Source of the DNA: a virus
Lineage: Duplodnaviria; Caudoviricetes
Length of the DNA stretch: 64,000 nucleotides
IMG/VR virus record: IMGVR_UViG_3300033463_000012
Strand: one strand, 5' to 3'
Shown: positions 1 to 10,062 of the stretch, piece after piece
Layout: each line of letters begins with the position of its first letter
Position numbering within the stretch: the first letter of the stretch is position 1
Program-made: the position numbers and the translations under genes
Notes under the pieces: generated by a model
Seen by the model: the letters and a program-made list of their open reading frames with translations, nothing else
What the model was told of the DNA's origin: nothing
Databases searched by the model: none

Positions 1-151
1 AGTCCGGCTCGACCAAGGTCATCTCCAGGCAATCAGCGAATTTCATATAGTTTGTCGTGACTTCCTGGTGACGCTCGTTGAAATCCTTCACCTTGGCCCA
101 GAACATCTTCTTGACCAAATCGTGGGTGAATTTCAACTGCTTCTGATTCAC
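1..151 (-). CDS. Hypothetical early protein, truncated at window edge (MNQKQLKFTHDLVKKMFW...)
   Basis: Open frame from GTG at 151 to the edge, GAGGAG SD, early promoter upstream. Confidence 0.6.
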   Translation of the reverse strand, partial: MNQKQLKFTHDLVKKMFWAKVKDFNERHQEVTTNYMKFADCLEMTLVEPD

Positions 152-183
152 TTGGTGGTTCTCCTCTAAATGGTTCTAGGTAG

Positions 184-214
184 AATATAATATTGTTTTA
201 TGCTAAATGGTCAA
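184..214 (-). promoter_or_regulatory. Early sigma70-like promoter (TTGACC-16-TATTATATT)
   Basis: Same architecture as promoters near 26150, 47770, 48480 and 49640. Confidence 0.6.
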
Positions 215-388
215 AAATTTTTCATATTTCTTTGATAATTTTTTCGAAGGGCTAAATTTGAGACCAATTGGAGATGTATGAAAAATCTTTTAAAGGATTC
301 ATTGTTCGTTATTTTAGGACTTTTAGTTATTTCAGTTTATTACGGCACTATGGCTTTGGTGGTCAAGTATTTCATAAGTTGAGAAATC

Positions 389-847
389 ATGCGCACGAAG
401 GGTCAGTTCTATCAAGGCGATTATCAGCCCAAGCACCCGGAGAAATACATCGGGAACACCTTGCCTCATTATCGGTCAGGGTGGGAAAGGCGCGTGTTCT
501 ATTATATGGACATGAACGAATCGATTGCCGCGTGGGGGTCTGAATGCGTCGTGGTTCCCTATGTGTCTCCTAAGGATGGACAGATTCACAGGTATTACCC
601 CGACATCTTTTGCAGAGTGAAGACGGTGGATGGATTGAAGGACTTCATGCTGGAAATCAAACCTCTGGCGCAATCCCAACCTGCGAAGAAACCGAAAAAG
701 ATGACAGCAAAATCCGTCATGCAGTTCAATGAAAGTCAAGAAGTGTATTTGGTGAACAGAGCGAAATGGGAAGCGTGCGAGAAGTGGTGCAAACAAAGGA
801 ACATCACTTTCAGGGTAGTGACGGAAAATGAATTGAGATTGCTATGA
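389..847 (+). CDS. gp4: Head completion nuclease (T4 gp4-like, TnsA-like fold)
   Basis: PKHPEKYIG, YRSGWE, WGSE, HRYYPD and EIKP motifs. Confidence 0.9.
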   Translation: MRTKGQFYQGDYQPKHPEKYIGNTLPHYRSGWERRVFYYMDMNESIAAWGSECVVVPYVSPKDGQIHRYYPDIFCRVKTVDGLKDFMLEIKPLAQSQPAKKPKKMTAKSVMQFNESQEVYLVNRAKWEACEKWCKQRNITFRVVTENELRLL

Positions 848-849
848 AA

Positions 850-879
850 AAGGAGAGGATTTGTGGTCCTCTCCTGTTT
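850..879. terminator. Bidirectional intrinsic terminator between convergent genes
   Basis: AGGAGAGGA/TCCTCTCCT stem flanked by A and T tracts. Confidence 0.75.
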
Positions 880-893
880 CAAATTCAAATTAT

Positions 894-1814
894 CTAGGAT
901 TCTGGATTTATGTTTTCTCTTTCTTTGGCTATCTTGTTTAACCAATTTTTCGTAACATTAGCAAATTCACTCCAAACGAAGTTAGTGTGTCCAAATCTAC
1001 TGAATTGACGTGGACAATTTATTGAAGTTTTAGTTCCATCTGAAAGTTCAATCATCAAGTAAGGATCAGTGGAGTCTTCCAACCATAATTCGCCATTACA
1101 AGGAGTCATACTCTTTATTTCCAGTCCTAATTCCTTTGCCAAATCCAATACACTCTGTTTGGCTTCAATATTTTCCAGTTTCTTTTTTTCATATCTAATT
1201 GAATTAAACCAGTTTGAAATTTTTTTGATTGGCTCGAGGTCTGGAATCAGATTACCTCTCACTATTTTGCAGTTATTTTCATTCCATTCAATTTCTTTCG
1301 TATCACCATTCTTCATGACCACTGTCAATTTTGGAAAATTCCAGTTGGATTTATCACGAGGATCACCTGATTTCAATGAACCTTTGAAAAATTCCACATC
1401 TTTCACATCACTGTATAAATTGTAATCTGAAATCAAATGTTCTATTTCTGGCTTTATTGTGTCTATCTTTTTTACGTAATATCCTTCTCTCAGCATCTTT
1501 GTTGATATATCATCATAAGATTCATACATATTGGCAGCTTCTTCTGCAGCCATTCTGAGATATTCCATCACATCATCTTCAGTTTCCAATTCGGCTTCAT
1601 CACTGCGGTCATTGTCACCGTAATCCTTCCACACGTCCCAATAGGCATGCTTGGTCTGTTTGTCGAAGATACGCTTGGCCAGGACGTCGAATTTTCCAAG
1701 TAGGATTCTTGAGGCCTGTTCATATTCATCCCAGATTCCACGAAAACCTTCCGCATGCATCTTTGTCTTCAACTTGAAAAGTGGAGTCTGATAGTCTGTT
1801 CCTTTTGTCCACAT
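894..1814 (-). CDS. Modular hypothetical protein with ES...MLREG linker (candidate internal head protein)
   Basis: 306 aa; YESYDDISTKMLREG lies near a shift to AT-rich DNA. Confidence 0.7.
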   Translation of the reverse strand: MWTKGTDYQTPLFKLKTKMHAEGFRGIWDEYEQASRILLGKFDVLAKRIFDKQTKHAYWDVWKDYGDNDRSDEAELETEDDVMEYLRMAAEEAANMYESYDDISTKMLREGYYVKKIDTIKPEIEHLISDYNLYSDVKDVEFFKGSLKSGDPRDKSNWNFPKLTVVMKNGDTKEIEWNENNCKIVRGNLIPDLEPIKKISNWFNSIRYEKKKLENIEAKQSVLDLAKELGLEIKSMTPCNGELWLEDSTDPYLMIELSDGTKTSINCPRQFSRFGHTNFVWSEFANVTKNWLNKIAKERENINPES

Positions 1815-1840
1815 GATGATACCTCATTGATTTTTTCAAT

Positions 1841-3154
1841 TTAGTTCTTGCCCAACTGTCTTCTGAGTTCCGGCAAAAACCTTCCTTCGAAGAATGTCTT
1901 GAATTTCTCCACTGATGACATTCTGCTCCGTGACGCGGCCATTTCCTTGAATGCATCGGATATGGAATTGGCCAGAATTTCACCACCTCGTTGATTCAAA
2001 GGCAATATCAATTCAGGACCAGCTTCACCCGCGACCACGTTGACCATTGCACCTTGAGCTGCCTTCACTGTAGGGATTTCGACTTCCCCTGCATTTCCTG
2101 TCATTGATTCCTGCAGGGTGGCCAACTGATTGGCAACTTCTATCATCTCGGCTTGTCTTAAAATGTTTGCAGCTTGATTCGCCAGTGCTATTGATTCTTC
2201 GTCCGGCAATCCTGTTTCCGGGTCAAGTCCCTTTCTCATTCTGATCGCAAAGACCGAATCCGCCCCGACATCCCTCAACTTCTTCTTGAGTCCCTGCATT
2301 TTGGCGTCTTCCACGTGCCAAGTTTCGATCAGCTTCCCTGTCTTCTTGCTTATTTTCTTTTCTGACCTGACCAATCCATGCTTGGCGAACAACCCGAGTG
2401 CCTCCATCGCGTTCGCTTCAGTCGTATTGGTGTCAAGGGCAAAGCCATATTCGTGCATTGACCTTCCAGGGGCTGCAGACTTGGTCGCTGTTCCTCCGTG
2501 TTCCGCCTTGTCCTTCTCGTAGATTTCCTTCTGTTGAGCCAAGGATCTGTAGCCGGAGTTTATTCTGACGACTCCTCCCTTGTAGACCTCTTGATATTCC
2601 CTGACGGCGTCCGTGAAGCGTTTGAGGAAGTCCTGGTTCATTCCATCCAGGTTCACCCCAGGAGCCATATACAGCTTCGCCCCGTTAATCACCTGAACGC
2701 CTTCCGGCAGGGGTTGAGGCGCTTCGTCTATTCCTTCCGTTGGTTCGGCCTGTTTGAAGGAATTGTCCATCAAGGAAACAAGACCGGCTGCAGCCATTCC
2801 ACCCAAACCGAAGGCAGCTACATGGCGACGCATTCCCTTTGGAGCCATTGCGTCCCACATCTTTCTGGACAAAGACCGATGTTCCTTTTCCTGATCTTCC
2901 TTCTTTTGTCTGTTGTCCTGCTTGACGAACAAGGCCAACATGTCATCGAGTTTGGTTGCAAGTCTGCCTAGGACGTCAAGAATCTTTTGTTCACTCAGCT
3001 TTCTGTTCTTCTGAGCTATTTCCCTACGGCGAGCGTTCTTGCCGGCTGCAGATTGGGGATTCAGCTTGGCTGACAACAGATTCTGCGCTTGCCTTTCCCT
3101 TCGGCTCAGTCCTTTTGACTTCGGTCTCGACCTGTTGTGATTCTTCTTGGCCAT
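1841..3154 (-). CDS. Tail/baseplate-associated protein with M15 peptidoglycan peptidase domain
   Basis: SGYRS..QQ, APGRSMHEYGFALD and ETWH zinc-peptidase motifs; AGEAGPE tape-measure-like C-terminus. Confidence 0.8.
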   Translation of the reverse strand: MAKKNHNRSRPKSKGLSRRERQAQNLLSAKLNPQSAAGKNARRREIAQKNRKLSEQKILDVLGRLATKLDDMLALFVKQDNRQKKEDQEKEHRSLSRKMWDAMAPKGMRRHVAAFGLGGMAAAGLVSLMDNSFKQAEPTEGIDEAPQPLPEGVQVINGAKLYMAPGVNLDGMNQDFLKRFTDAVREYQEVYKGGVVRINSGYRSLAQQKEIYEKDKAEHGGTATKSAAPGRSMHEYGFALDTNTTEANAMEALGLFAKHGLVRSEKKISKKTGKLIETWHVEDAKMQGLKKKLRDVGADSVFAIRMRKGLDPETGLPDEESIALANQAANILRQAEMIEVANQLATLQESMTGNAGEVEIPTVKAAQGAMVNVVAGEAGPELILPLNQRGGEILANSISDAFKEMAASRSRMSSVEKFKTFFEGRFLPELRRQLGKN

Positions 3155-4171
3155 TTATTTTTTGCCTATTCCTTCAGTTGCTCCATTGACTGCAGCGTTC
3201 TTTGCATTGAAATCCGAATTGTTTTGACCCCAATGTCCTCCTGCCAATTCCTTGAAGTTGCTGAAATACGTCTTTTCGCCCTTGCTGTATATGCCGAAAA
3301 GTTCCTGGTTGGTCGGCTGAACGATAGGTTCAACGTCCAAGGAGTATTTGGTGTAGACAGGAAGGCCATTTTCCAAGATTTCACGGGAGAATGTGGCGTT
3401 GAAGTTCTTGATCACCATGTTCTTCAGCATGCATACATTGGAAACTTCAATGTCTATGCAATTCTGAGTTTTGTCGGCGAAATGGTCAGAAGGATAGTTC
3501 CCGGTGGATTGCCCGAATATCGTCTTGAACATCGATGTGCTTCCGGAAAAACCAGCTTCGATTTGAGTTATTGCCGAGCTAGCCACTCCTTTGAATGCGC
3601 CCTTGATCGTTTCCCATACGCCATTTCCTCCTTGAGAAAAGTCCTCGAATATGGCGTTCATCTTTTCCATGAATTCAGGCGGCATGTTCGGGAATGACAT
3701 CGAGGTGAAAACCAGAAAAGGAACAATGGAGTCACCGTCCTTCGTTGCGTCATCGTCTCTTTTCAAATTTCCATATCTGTCCAAGTCTTCGAAGCAAGTG
3801 AAATTGAAATTGTAGGAAATGTCGGACACCCCCTTGTACAATTTCGCTGATTCGATTCTGCCGAAGTATTCATTTCTGTCCGCTGACATTGTTCCGGAAT
3901 CCGCAAAACCTCTGATCTTTTCGAACACCTCTCCTACAGGGTTGGAATTGTATTTCTGCATCAATTCACCGAATGTGGTGTATTGAGGAGCTGCATTGAA
4001 TTTGAAAGGTTCACTGAGAGGAGCCGTGCAAATCACTTGTTCAGTTATACGATTTCTGAGCAGCTTGTTTCCTTTCGACAAGGATATCTTCACCTTGTCA
4101 TAGTTGTCGTAAGGTGCTTCTGGCGCCTCGTTGAATTTCTTCAGCACTGTCTGTATTTTTGGACTTGCCAT
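3155..4171 (-). CDS. Putative baseplate/tail-tube initiator (gp48-like)
   Basis: 338 aa; tube-like beta pattern (YNFNF, MVIKNFNATFS); located in baseplate cluster. Confidence 0.45.
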   Translation of the reverse strand: MASPKIQTVLKKFNEAPEAPYDNYDKVKISLSKGNKLLRNRITEQVICTAPLSEPFKFNAAPQYTTFGELMQKYNSNPVGEVFEKIRGFADSGTMSADRNEYFGRIESAKLYKGVSDISYNFNFTCFEDLDRYGNLKRDDDATKDGDSIVPFLVFTSMSFPNMPPEFMEKMNAIFEDFSQGGNGVWETIKGAFKGVASSAITQIEAGFSGSTSMFKTIFGQSTGNYPSDHFADKTQNCIDIEVSNVCMLKNMVIKNFNATFSREILENGLPVYTKYSLDVEPIVQPTNQELFGIYSKGEKTYFSNFKELAGGHWGQNNSDFNAKNAAVNGATEGIGKK

Positions 4172-4179
4172 CTTCTACC

Positions 4180-6258
4180 TCATCCAAATACCGATATCGG
4201 TGTTGCAATACCTAGTTCTCTTTTGTCTTTCTTCAATGCCCCGACCAATCCAGGAAGGACGGAATCCATGAAATATCCCATCAGGGCGTCATCGAACCAT
4301 TCATCATTCATTCCATTGAAGCCATCTTTTATGACATTCTTGATCTGATTTCCGGAGTTTTCCAGTGTATTTATCGCTTCGGCCTCCATCATGCCTAGTG
4401 AGGTCGCCGAATTCAGAACACCGCCTTGAGCCAAGAATTCAGGTTCAATCCCTGGTTTTGCAAGAAATTGTCTGTATGTGGATCCTTTTGAGTTTCCATA
4501 GAACCAGAGGCCTTCGTTCTTCGCCCTTGACCACATCGGGCTTTCCTTTGTGTACAGATAGCCACCGGCGTCCTTGACCTCTCGCAGATTGTGTGAAGCG
4601 AGGATTTCGTTCAACACTGCCTTGTATTCGGGTTGAACGCCTATGCCGAAATACGGAAACACGTGGCTTACATCTTCGTCTGGTTTGTTGTTTCCTATGT
4701 AGGTAGGTTTGGTTTCTCCTATCACCAGCTTGTTCTTGTCCAGCCAATCCTTCATCTTCTTTCTGTAAGGATATCCATTCTTCGCTTCCTCTTCCATCTT
4801 TTCCGTGGTTTCGGGAACGAATTGAGTTTCCGCGTCATTTATCAATCTCTGCCAGAATTCAAGGGCGGCTTCATAGAGGTCCTGCTGGTATTGAGTTCCC
4901 TGCTTGTCCTGAATCTTTTCCAGCAGTGTGTCTTCGAACCATTGAGATGTCCAATCCACTGGCCAGGTTTCCGGAGCGTTCACATTGCCGAGACCTGCAT
5001 AGAATGTACCTATAGCCCGACCAGCTCTCTTTATTGCCTCTTCGGCGTCATCCGTGCTCATGCCTTCGGCGAACAGGCGCTTCTTCAGCTCGTCAGGACC
5101 ACCTTCCTTCATGATGATCTGCGCTCTTTCCAAGTCTTCGTCGGTCAACCCGATTCTGTCCAATGTGGCTTTGTCGGGTTTGGAAAGGAGTCCAGCGCCG
5201 AACAAATCCCACAACAGGCCTATGCCTTGAATCGCTTGACCTATTCCAGGAATGAATGCCGCTGCACCGGTGACAAGGTTTATTGCACCATTTATTCTTC
5301 CCGCCAGTTGTTCAGTTTCCGCTGCAGCCGAATTGTATTTCCCGATTTCGGCCATCTTCTCCAGGTCGAGATTGGTTCCAGTCGTGGTTGCTGCAGTTTC
5401 TCCGGCAAAAGTGGAGGACATGTCACGTTCGCCTGCGGCCTCGACTGCAGCGTTCTTTGCATTAAGCAGCTGATAGGCACCGACACCTGCCTGAACGACT
5501 GCCCCTGCCTTTCCTGCGAATTTCCCGGCTGTTCTTCCTACCTTTGTGGCCTTGGATGCAGCTTGAGCGGCCTTCGATGTCTTTGCCGCATTTGCCAAGT
5601 TTTGTCCAGCGTTTGTCTTCAGGAATCTGCTGGCTCCTGCTTTGATCGCCTTGCCTAGTGCAATGTTGATGCCTATGTCAGCGGCAAGACCTAATGCACT
5701 GAAGTCATCTCCGCCTGATTCCTGAGGTGCCCCTGAACCACCGCCTGAAGACGGAGCCGGCATCGGGGTTGTGGTTCCAGACCCGCCAGGAATAGCGGTG
5801 GCTGCAGCTGCTCCCGCGGCCGCTCCTGCTTCTTCCTTGTTCAGCTTTCTGCTCAGATTAGCTTGTCTGTCAAGGTCAGCTTGTTTCTCTTCCCTCTTGT
5901 CCTGGGCGATGAAGTGAGCCAACATCTTGCCCATCTTGTTGTCAATCTCGCCCAGCTTTCCATAGACCTCGTCCAGGAATTCATCACCTGAATCGAGAGG
6001 AGCATATCGTTCATCCTGATATTGAACTTCCTGTGTGGCTATTTGTCTTTCGAATTCAGCTTCTCTGTTTTCACGAGCCATCAAGGCGGATTTGTTGCCA
6101 CGAGCGATTGCAGCATCTTCACCACTGCCACCTGACATAAAGTCATGTGCCGTGCTCCTGTTCACCGAATTTTCAGAAGCATCATCGGACGACGCGGCAC
6201 TTCTTATGCCTTTTACGGCTGCATGAGTGGCTGCTGTTCTCGCTATGAATCCTAACAT
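4180..6258 (-). CDS. Tape-measure/baseplate-hub-like protein
   Basis: Ala/Gly-rich helical segments, hydrophobic AFIPGIG stretch, CTAAAT upstream. Confidence 0.55.
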   Translation of the reverse strand: MLGFIARTAATHAAVKGIRSAASSDDASENSVNRSTAHDFMSGGSGEDAAIARGNKSALMARENREAEFERQIATQEVQYQDERYAPLDSGDEFLDEVYGKLGEIDNKMGKMLAHFIAQDKREEKQADLDRQANLSRKLNKEEAGAAAGAAAATAIPGGSGTTTPMPAPSSGGGSGAPQESGGDDFSALGLAADIGINIALGKAIKAGASRFLKTNAGQNLANAAKTSKAAQAASKATKVGRTAGKFAGKAGAVVQAGVGAYQLLNAKNAAVEAAGERDMSSTFAGETAATTTGTNLDLEKMAEIGKYNSAAAETEQLAGRINGAINLVTGAAAFIPGIGQAIQGIGLLWDLFGAGLLSKPDKATLDRIGLTDEDLERAQIIMKEGGPDELKKRLFAEGMSTDDAEEAIKRAGRAIGTFYAGLGNVNAPETWPVDWTSQWFEDTLLEKIQDKQGTQYQQDLYEAALEFWQRLINDAETQFVPETTEKMEEEAKNGYPYRKKMKDWLDKNKLVIGETKPTYIGNNKPDEDVSHVFPYFGIGVQPEYKAVLNEILASHNLREVKDAGGYLYTKESPMWSRAKNEGLWFYGNSKGSTYRQFLAKPGIEPEFLAQGGVLNSATSLGMMEAEAINTLENSGNQIKNVIKDGFNGMNDEWFDDALMGYFMDSVLPGLVGALKKDKRELGIATPISVFG

Positions 6259-6296
6259 ATTTTCTCCAGTCCAATTTAGCTCTGGTCACCTTACAC

Positions 6297-6396
6297 TCTC
6301 CCTGGCTGTTCAGGATGAGTTCTGAGACAGTTTTGCAGTTGGCTAGTATCTTTTACTTACCTACACAGAAAATGGCTCCATGGTCATCCCTGGAGC
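6297..6396. repeat. Dispersed palindromic element, copy A
   Basis: Left arm nearly identical to copy C (49493); right arm AAAATGGCTC...TCCCTGGAG. Confidence 0.7.
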
Positions 6397-6426
6397 CGTA
6401 GGAGCATTGTAGCTGTTCCTTATGAT

Positions 6427-6744
6427 TTAGAAGGCACTTATGAATTCCTTGGCAGTGTCGTAGTATTTCCCAAACGCGTCCTTTACGGACTTGTCTGCGG
6501 AATTTATGAAATCCTTCAGCTTGGCGATGTCATTCTTGAACATGTCCTTCACTTTCTTTCCGGCTTTGGATGCCTTGTAAATCTTCCAGAACAGACTCAC
6601 CATACTGCCGATGGCCTTCAGGTTCATCTCGTCCAGGGGTTCTCTCGCCTCATTGATGGCTTCGTTCAGGACATCATCGAAATCCAAGCCATACTGTTCC
6701 GAAAATTCATACAATTCTGAAATCAATTTCGCTTCCGTTCTCAT
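6427..6744 (-). CDS. Hypothetical late protein rich in L/I-x-E sites
   Basis: ATG at 6744 with GGAG SD and CTAAAT at 6771-6776. Confidence 0.65.
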   Translation of the reverse strand: MRTEAKLISELYEFSEQYGLDFDDVLNEAINEAREPLDEMNLKAIGSMVSLFWKIYKASKAGKKVKDMFKNDIAKLKDFINSADKSVKDAFGKYYDTAKEFISAF

Positions 6745-6772
6745 GTGAATATCTCCTCGAATGTTTCTTAAT

Positions 6773-7372
6773 TTAGCCGTTTTTCTTGGCTCCACCTATG
6801 AGTTCCACTTTGAATTCCTCATAGTTGAAGGAAACCGGGAAAGTAAGGTCTTCGGCCACGCCTGATTCAAGGGTCAATGTACCTGTGGATATCGGAAACA
6901 GATTGATGAATTTGAGTCGAGAAACGTGGATGCCCGAATTGGTGAAACCATCGACAATCATTTCGTGGATGACGTTCTTGTAGTAAGGTTTGCTCAGCTT
7001 GATGATCCCTGCTCTCATCTGCCTAATGTAGGTGTAAATGAGGAAATAGTTGAGAAATGTATTGTCTACCTTGAATTCCACCGTCACGGGTTGCAGATTG
7101 TCGTTCGCTCTTGCGGTCGGCTGAAGCTGTACCCTGTTCAAATAGGGGAATTCGGACACGGAAAGGGACTGGTCAGGAATGGTCACGTTCTTCACATTGT
7201 AGTCGAAGATACGCATGTCGACCGGCTTGTCGGAACCAACCAAGTCCTTCAGGTCGTTGATTATCGGGAAATTGGAAAATGCGACCTTAAAGTTGTCCTG
7301 GTGAAAGGTGTTTATAACGTCGGCCTTTATCTCCTTTGACCCGACAAGCTGTTCACTGATGTCCCCTTCCAT
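6773..7372 (-). CDS. Tail tube/terminator-like protein (gp3-like)
   Basis: VTIP, VEFKVD..NY, FINLFP, FPVSFNY pattern of the gp3/gp19 fold. Confidence 0.65.
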   Translation of the reverse strand: MEGDISEQLVGSKEIKADVINTFHQDNFKVAFSNFPIINDLKDLVGSDKPVDMRIFDYNVKNVTIPDQSLSVSEFPYLNRVQLQPTARANDNLQPVTVEFKVDNTFLNYFLIYTYIRQMRAGIIKLSKPYYKNVIHEMIVDGFTNSGIHVSRLKFINLFPISTGTLTLESGVAEDLTFPVSFNYEEFKVELIGGAKKNG

Positions 7373-7381
7373 CCCCGCTCC

Positions 7382-7798
7382 TTACTTGATGATTTCGGTC
7401 AGGAGTTCCAAGTCCTTGACCTTGAACACGCCTTCGGGGAGGGAATCAAGGTCAATTTCGGGGATTTCGATCTCGACTTCCTCTTCCAGCATTTCCCCGA
7501 ATTCCTGGTCCTTCTTCCGGAAGTTGTCGACCAGATCCTTGTTTTCCTGATAGATAGCCAAGGACTTCTGAGCATATTCGGGGTCGTTCTTGTCGAGTTC
7601 CGCCTGCTTTCGGTTGTATTCCTCGATTTCAGGGGTGATCATAACAGTCTTCTGCGCCTCGACAATGGCGTCGATTTCTGGCTTGCAGGCCTGCTTCAGC
7701 TTGATGAATTTGAAGGCAAGCTTGGGGGAAACCACCTTGTCAGCAACGGATTCAATGAGGTTGTGGATGTCGACAATCTTTCTGCGAGTGAGTTTCAT
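7382..7798 (-). CDS. Hypothetical protein
   Basis: 138 aa ORF, AGGAG SD, CTAAAT upstream. Confidence 0.75.
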   Translation of the reverse strand: MKLTRRKIVDIHNLIESVADKVVSPKLAFKFIKLKQACKPEIDAIVEAQKTVMITPEIEEYNRKQAELDKNDPEYAQKSLAIYQENKDLVDNFRKKDQEFGEMLEEEVEIEIPEIDLDSLPEGVFKVKDLELLTEIIK

Positions 7799-7837
7799 AG
7801 GATACTCCTTGTTAGTTTGAAGAATTTAGTTATTGAC

Positions 7838-9046
7838 TCAAGAAATGAATGAGTCAAAACTGGATTTGTTCAATGGATTTGACCAAGTTTTTGTTTCAAC
7901 CAATTCATTGAAATACTTGCAGAAATGATCAATGATTCTGTCATTTCCCCACCATTTCATCATGAATTCATATTGCTTCTTGGTCGATTCCTCGTAGGTC
8001 TGCTCAAACTTCTTGATGTTTTCGGCGTTCAGGTCACCCCAATCGTCGATTACAAAGAAACCCGAATTTTCGACATCCGGCTTTTCTTCGTACACCCTGA
8101 TCGCGTCCACATATCGTTTGAACGTGATCACAGGAGTACCGGACTGAATCGTTTCCAATAAAGCATATTCATTGGCTTCTGACTGTATCTTGGCGTTTTT
8201 GTCATTATATCCATATCCGAACACCGCGAATCTGATATGAGCACGGAAGTCAATGAATTCAGGGTCATCTCTGTCGTAGGTGTCAATAATGTTGAACTTT
8301 TCCTTGGACAGCAGATTCGTCTTCAGCTTCGGGAACCATAGGCAATTGTCAGGCAACTTCTTGTTTTCGAAGATGCTCATGGACGTCAGATTGAAACCCC
8401 AGGACTTCATGGAGAATGAGCTGTCATAGAAATCCCTTATGTCGGTTTCCTTCTTTGACATCGTGATTCCGGAGGAGCCTATCGTGCAGTATTTGTATTC
8501 ATTGTTGAGGAACTTGTCGGCGTTCTTCAGATATTTGTCGATTCCCTTCACTGGCATCAATCTGCCGAAGGACGAAATGATGTCACTTCTTTCGGACAGA
8601 GGAAGGATTGAATATGGCTTCTCGTCGAACAGATTGAAGTTGCCTATTACATACAGCTGAAAATTTTTGCTGGACTGAAGGACATTATATCCATTCTTGT
8701 TGGTGTCCACGCCAGTGTGAGTGACGATGCAGTTGACCCTGCTCAGGAAATCCTGCACTTCAGGGACATTGGCATGCTTCCAGTTTCTATGACAATTGAC
8801 GAACAGTGTCTTTGTCTTCGGATGTTCATCAAGCCATTTGTTCACTTCTGCAAAGGATTCCCCGGAGATTGAATTGCCGACAAACAGGACATCGTATTCC
8901 TTGTCCTTGTCCCAATCTTCGAAGTGTATTCCTCTGGCTTCGAATTCCGGCCAGTGATTCTTCCAATGAATGTTCAGTGCAGTTGATCCACCGAACACAT
9001 AACCCTTCACGCCACGGTCAAATTCAACGAAACCGACATTTATCAT
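7838..9046 (-). CDS. GT-B glycosyltransferase resembling T4 DNA alpha-glucosyltransferase
   Basis: 402 aa; FGR...KG and EYALLETIQSGTPV donor-binding motifs. Confidence 0.65.
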   Translation of the reverse strand: MINVGFVEFDRGVKGYVFGGSTALNIHWKNHWPEFEARGIHFEDWDKDKEYDVLFVGNSISGESFAEVNKWLDEHPKTKTLFVNCHRNWKHANVPEVQDFLSRVNCIVTHTGVDTNKNGYNVLQSSKNFQLYVIGNFNLFDEKPYSILPLSERSDIISSFGRLMPVKGIDKYLKNADKFLNNEYKYCTIGSSGITMSKKETDIRDFYDSSFSMKSWGFNLTSMSIFENKKLPDNCLWFPKLKTNLLSKEKFNIIDTYDRDDPEFIDFRAHIRFAVFGYGYNDKNAKIQSEANEYALLETIQSGTPVITFKRYVDAIRVYEEKPDVENSGFFVIDDWGDLNAENIKKFEQTYEESTKKQYEFMMKWWGNDRIIDHFCKYFNELVETKTWSNPLNKSSFDSFIS

Positions 9047-10062
9047 TCTACGAAGTCCTTGAGATTTGACTTGTCCAGTGTACCCCAGCCGCGCCTCACC
9101 TTGCGGTTGTTCTCGTAACCTTCCTTCTTCATTCGTTCTTCCCAGTCATAAGGAAGGATCTTCGGAGCGCAATATTCCCATTCGACCCCGTGGTGAACAC
9201 GTCGACCACCGGATTTGGAATACTTGTAGCCCATGCGAATGAGGTGACAAGCCGAAGGAGCGCAAACCACCGTGGCGAAGGACTTGAAATACGTCCCGAA
9301 TCTGCGATAGAAAGGAGTCACACCGCCGCTTGAGTTCTGCGTAGGCACCTGCTGAATCTGAATGAACGGGATGTTTATGACCAACATTCCCATACGACCA
9401 CCCACCACGTATGCATTGCAGTCTTCGTTCGTGATGCCCATGAATTCAAAAGGACGTTCCATGTCGAAGAAGTGGGTGTTCATTGCCTTGCGGAGGATTC
9501 TGGTGTCCACGTGGTCACCGATGCCGTCCCCTGTCTGAGCCCAAGCGACACACGAAGCTGTAGTTCTTTCCAACATTTCGTAGGTCTGCTTCATAAGGTC
9601 ATCGAAGTTCGGCCTCCAAACCTTCTTGGCGATGAATTTGTCGTGAAGTCTCAATCTGAAGTTGCATTCATAATAGTCGTCGTCCATGGTGGAAAGAAGT
9701 CTGTCACCACGACGTTTGGCTATCTCGGGAACAGCATGACGAGCATAGACGACAATGGGGAATATCTCGCCGGTGAATGGATAGAAATACTCGTTCTCCG
9801 GATTTTCCGCCTGTTCCTTCTTGGAGAAAATCTCGACTGCTGCATTGCCGTCATCTGCAGCCAACTTCTTGTAGCCTTCTATGTCCTTGTCCTGGTCGTC
9901 GATTACGCAGACGATTGTTCCAGTGAATCCATTCTTTCTGAGCCAACCGAACGTATGCTTCTTGCAGAATTCGGAACGGTTGTGAGTGAGAATGTAGACC
10001 GGAGGAACATAGTCGCAGACCCAACCGGGATGTGGAATGATTTTGTCAGGTTGAATCAGCAT
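9043..10062 (-). CDS. GT-A glycosyltransferase of TAGT/GREB1-like DNA-modifying family
   Basis: VYILTHNR, MDDD, RKAMN, NED, NSSGG and GTYFKSF motifs. Confidence 0.75.
   Translation of the reverse strand: MLIQPDKIIPHPGWVCDYVPPVYILTHNRSEFCKKHTFGWLRKNGFTGTIVCVIDDQDKDIEGYKKLAADDGNAAVEIFSKKEQAENPENEYFYPFTGEIFPIVVYARHAVPEIAKRRGDRLLSTMDDDYYECNFRLRLHDKFIAKKVWRPNFDDLMKQTYEMLERTTASCVAWAQTGDGIGDHVDTRILRKAMNTHFFDMERPFEFMGITNEDCNAYVVGGRMGMLVINIPFIQIQQVPTQNSSGGVTPFYRRFGTYFKSFATVVCAPSACHLIRMGYKYSKSGGRRVHHGVEWEYCAPKILPYDWEERMKKEGYENNRKVRRGWGTLDKSNLKDFVE

Noticed and set aside
4633-5658. 341-aa plus-strand ORF, and similar antisense ORFs such as 60330-61364 and 9472-10227
   Set aside because: Antisense to well-supported genes
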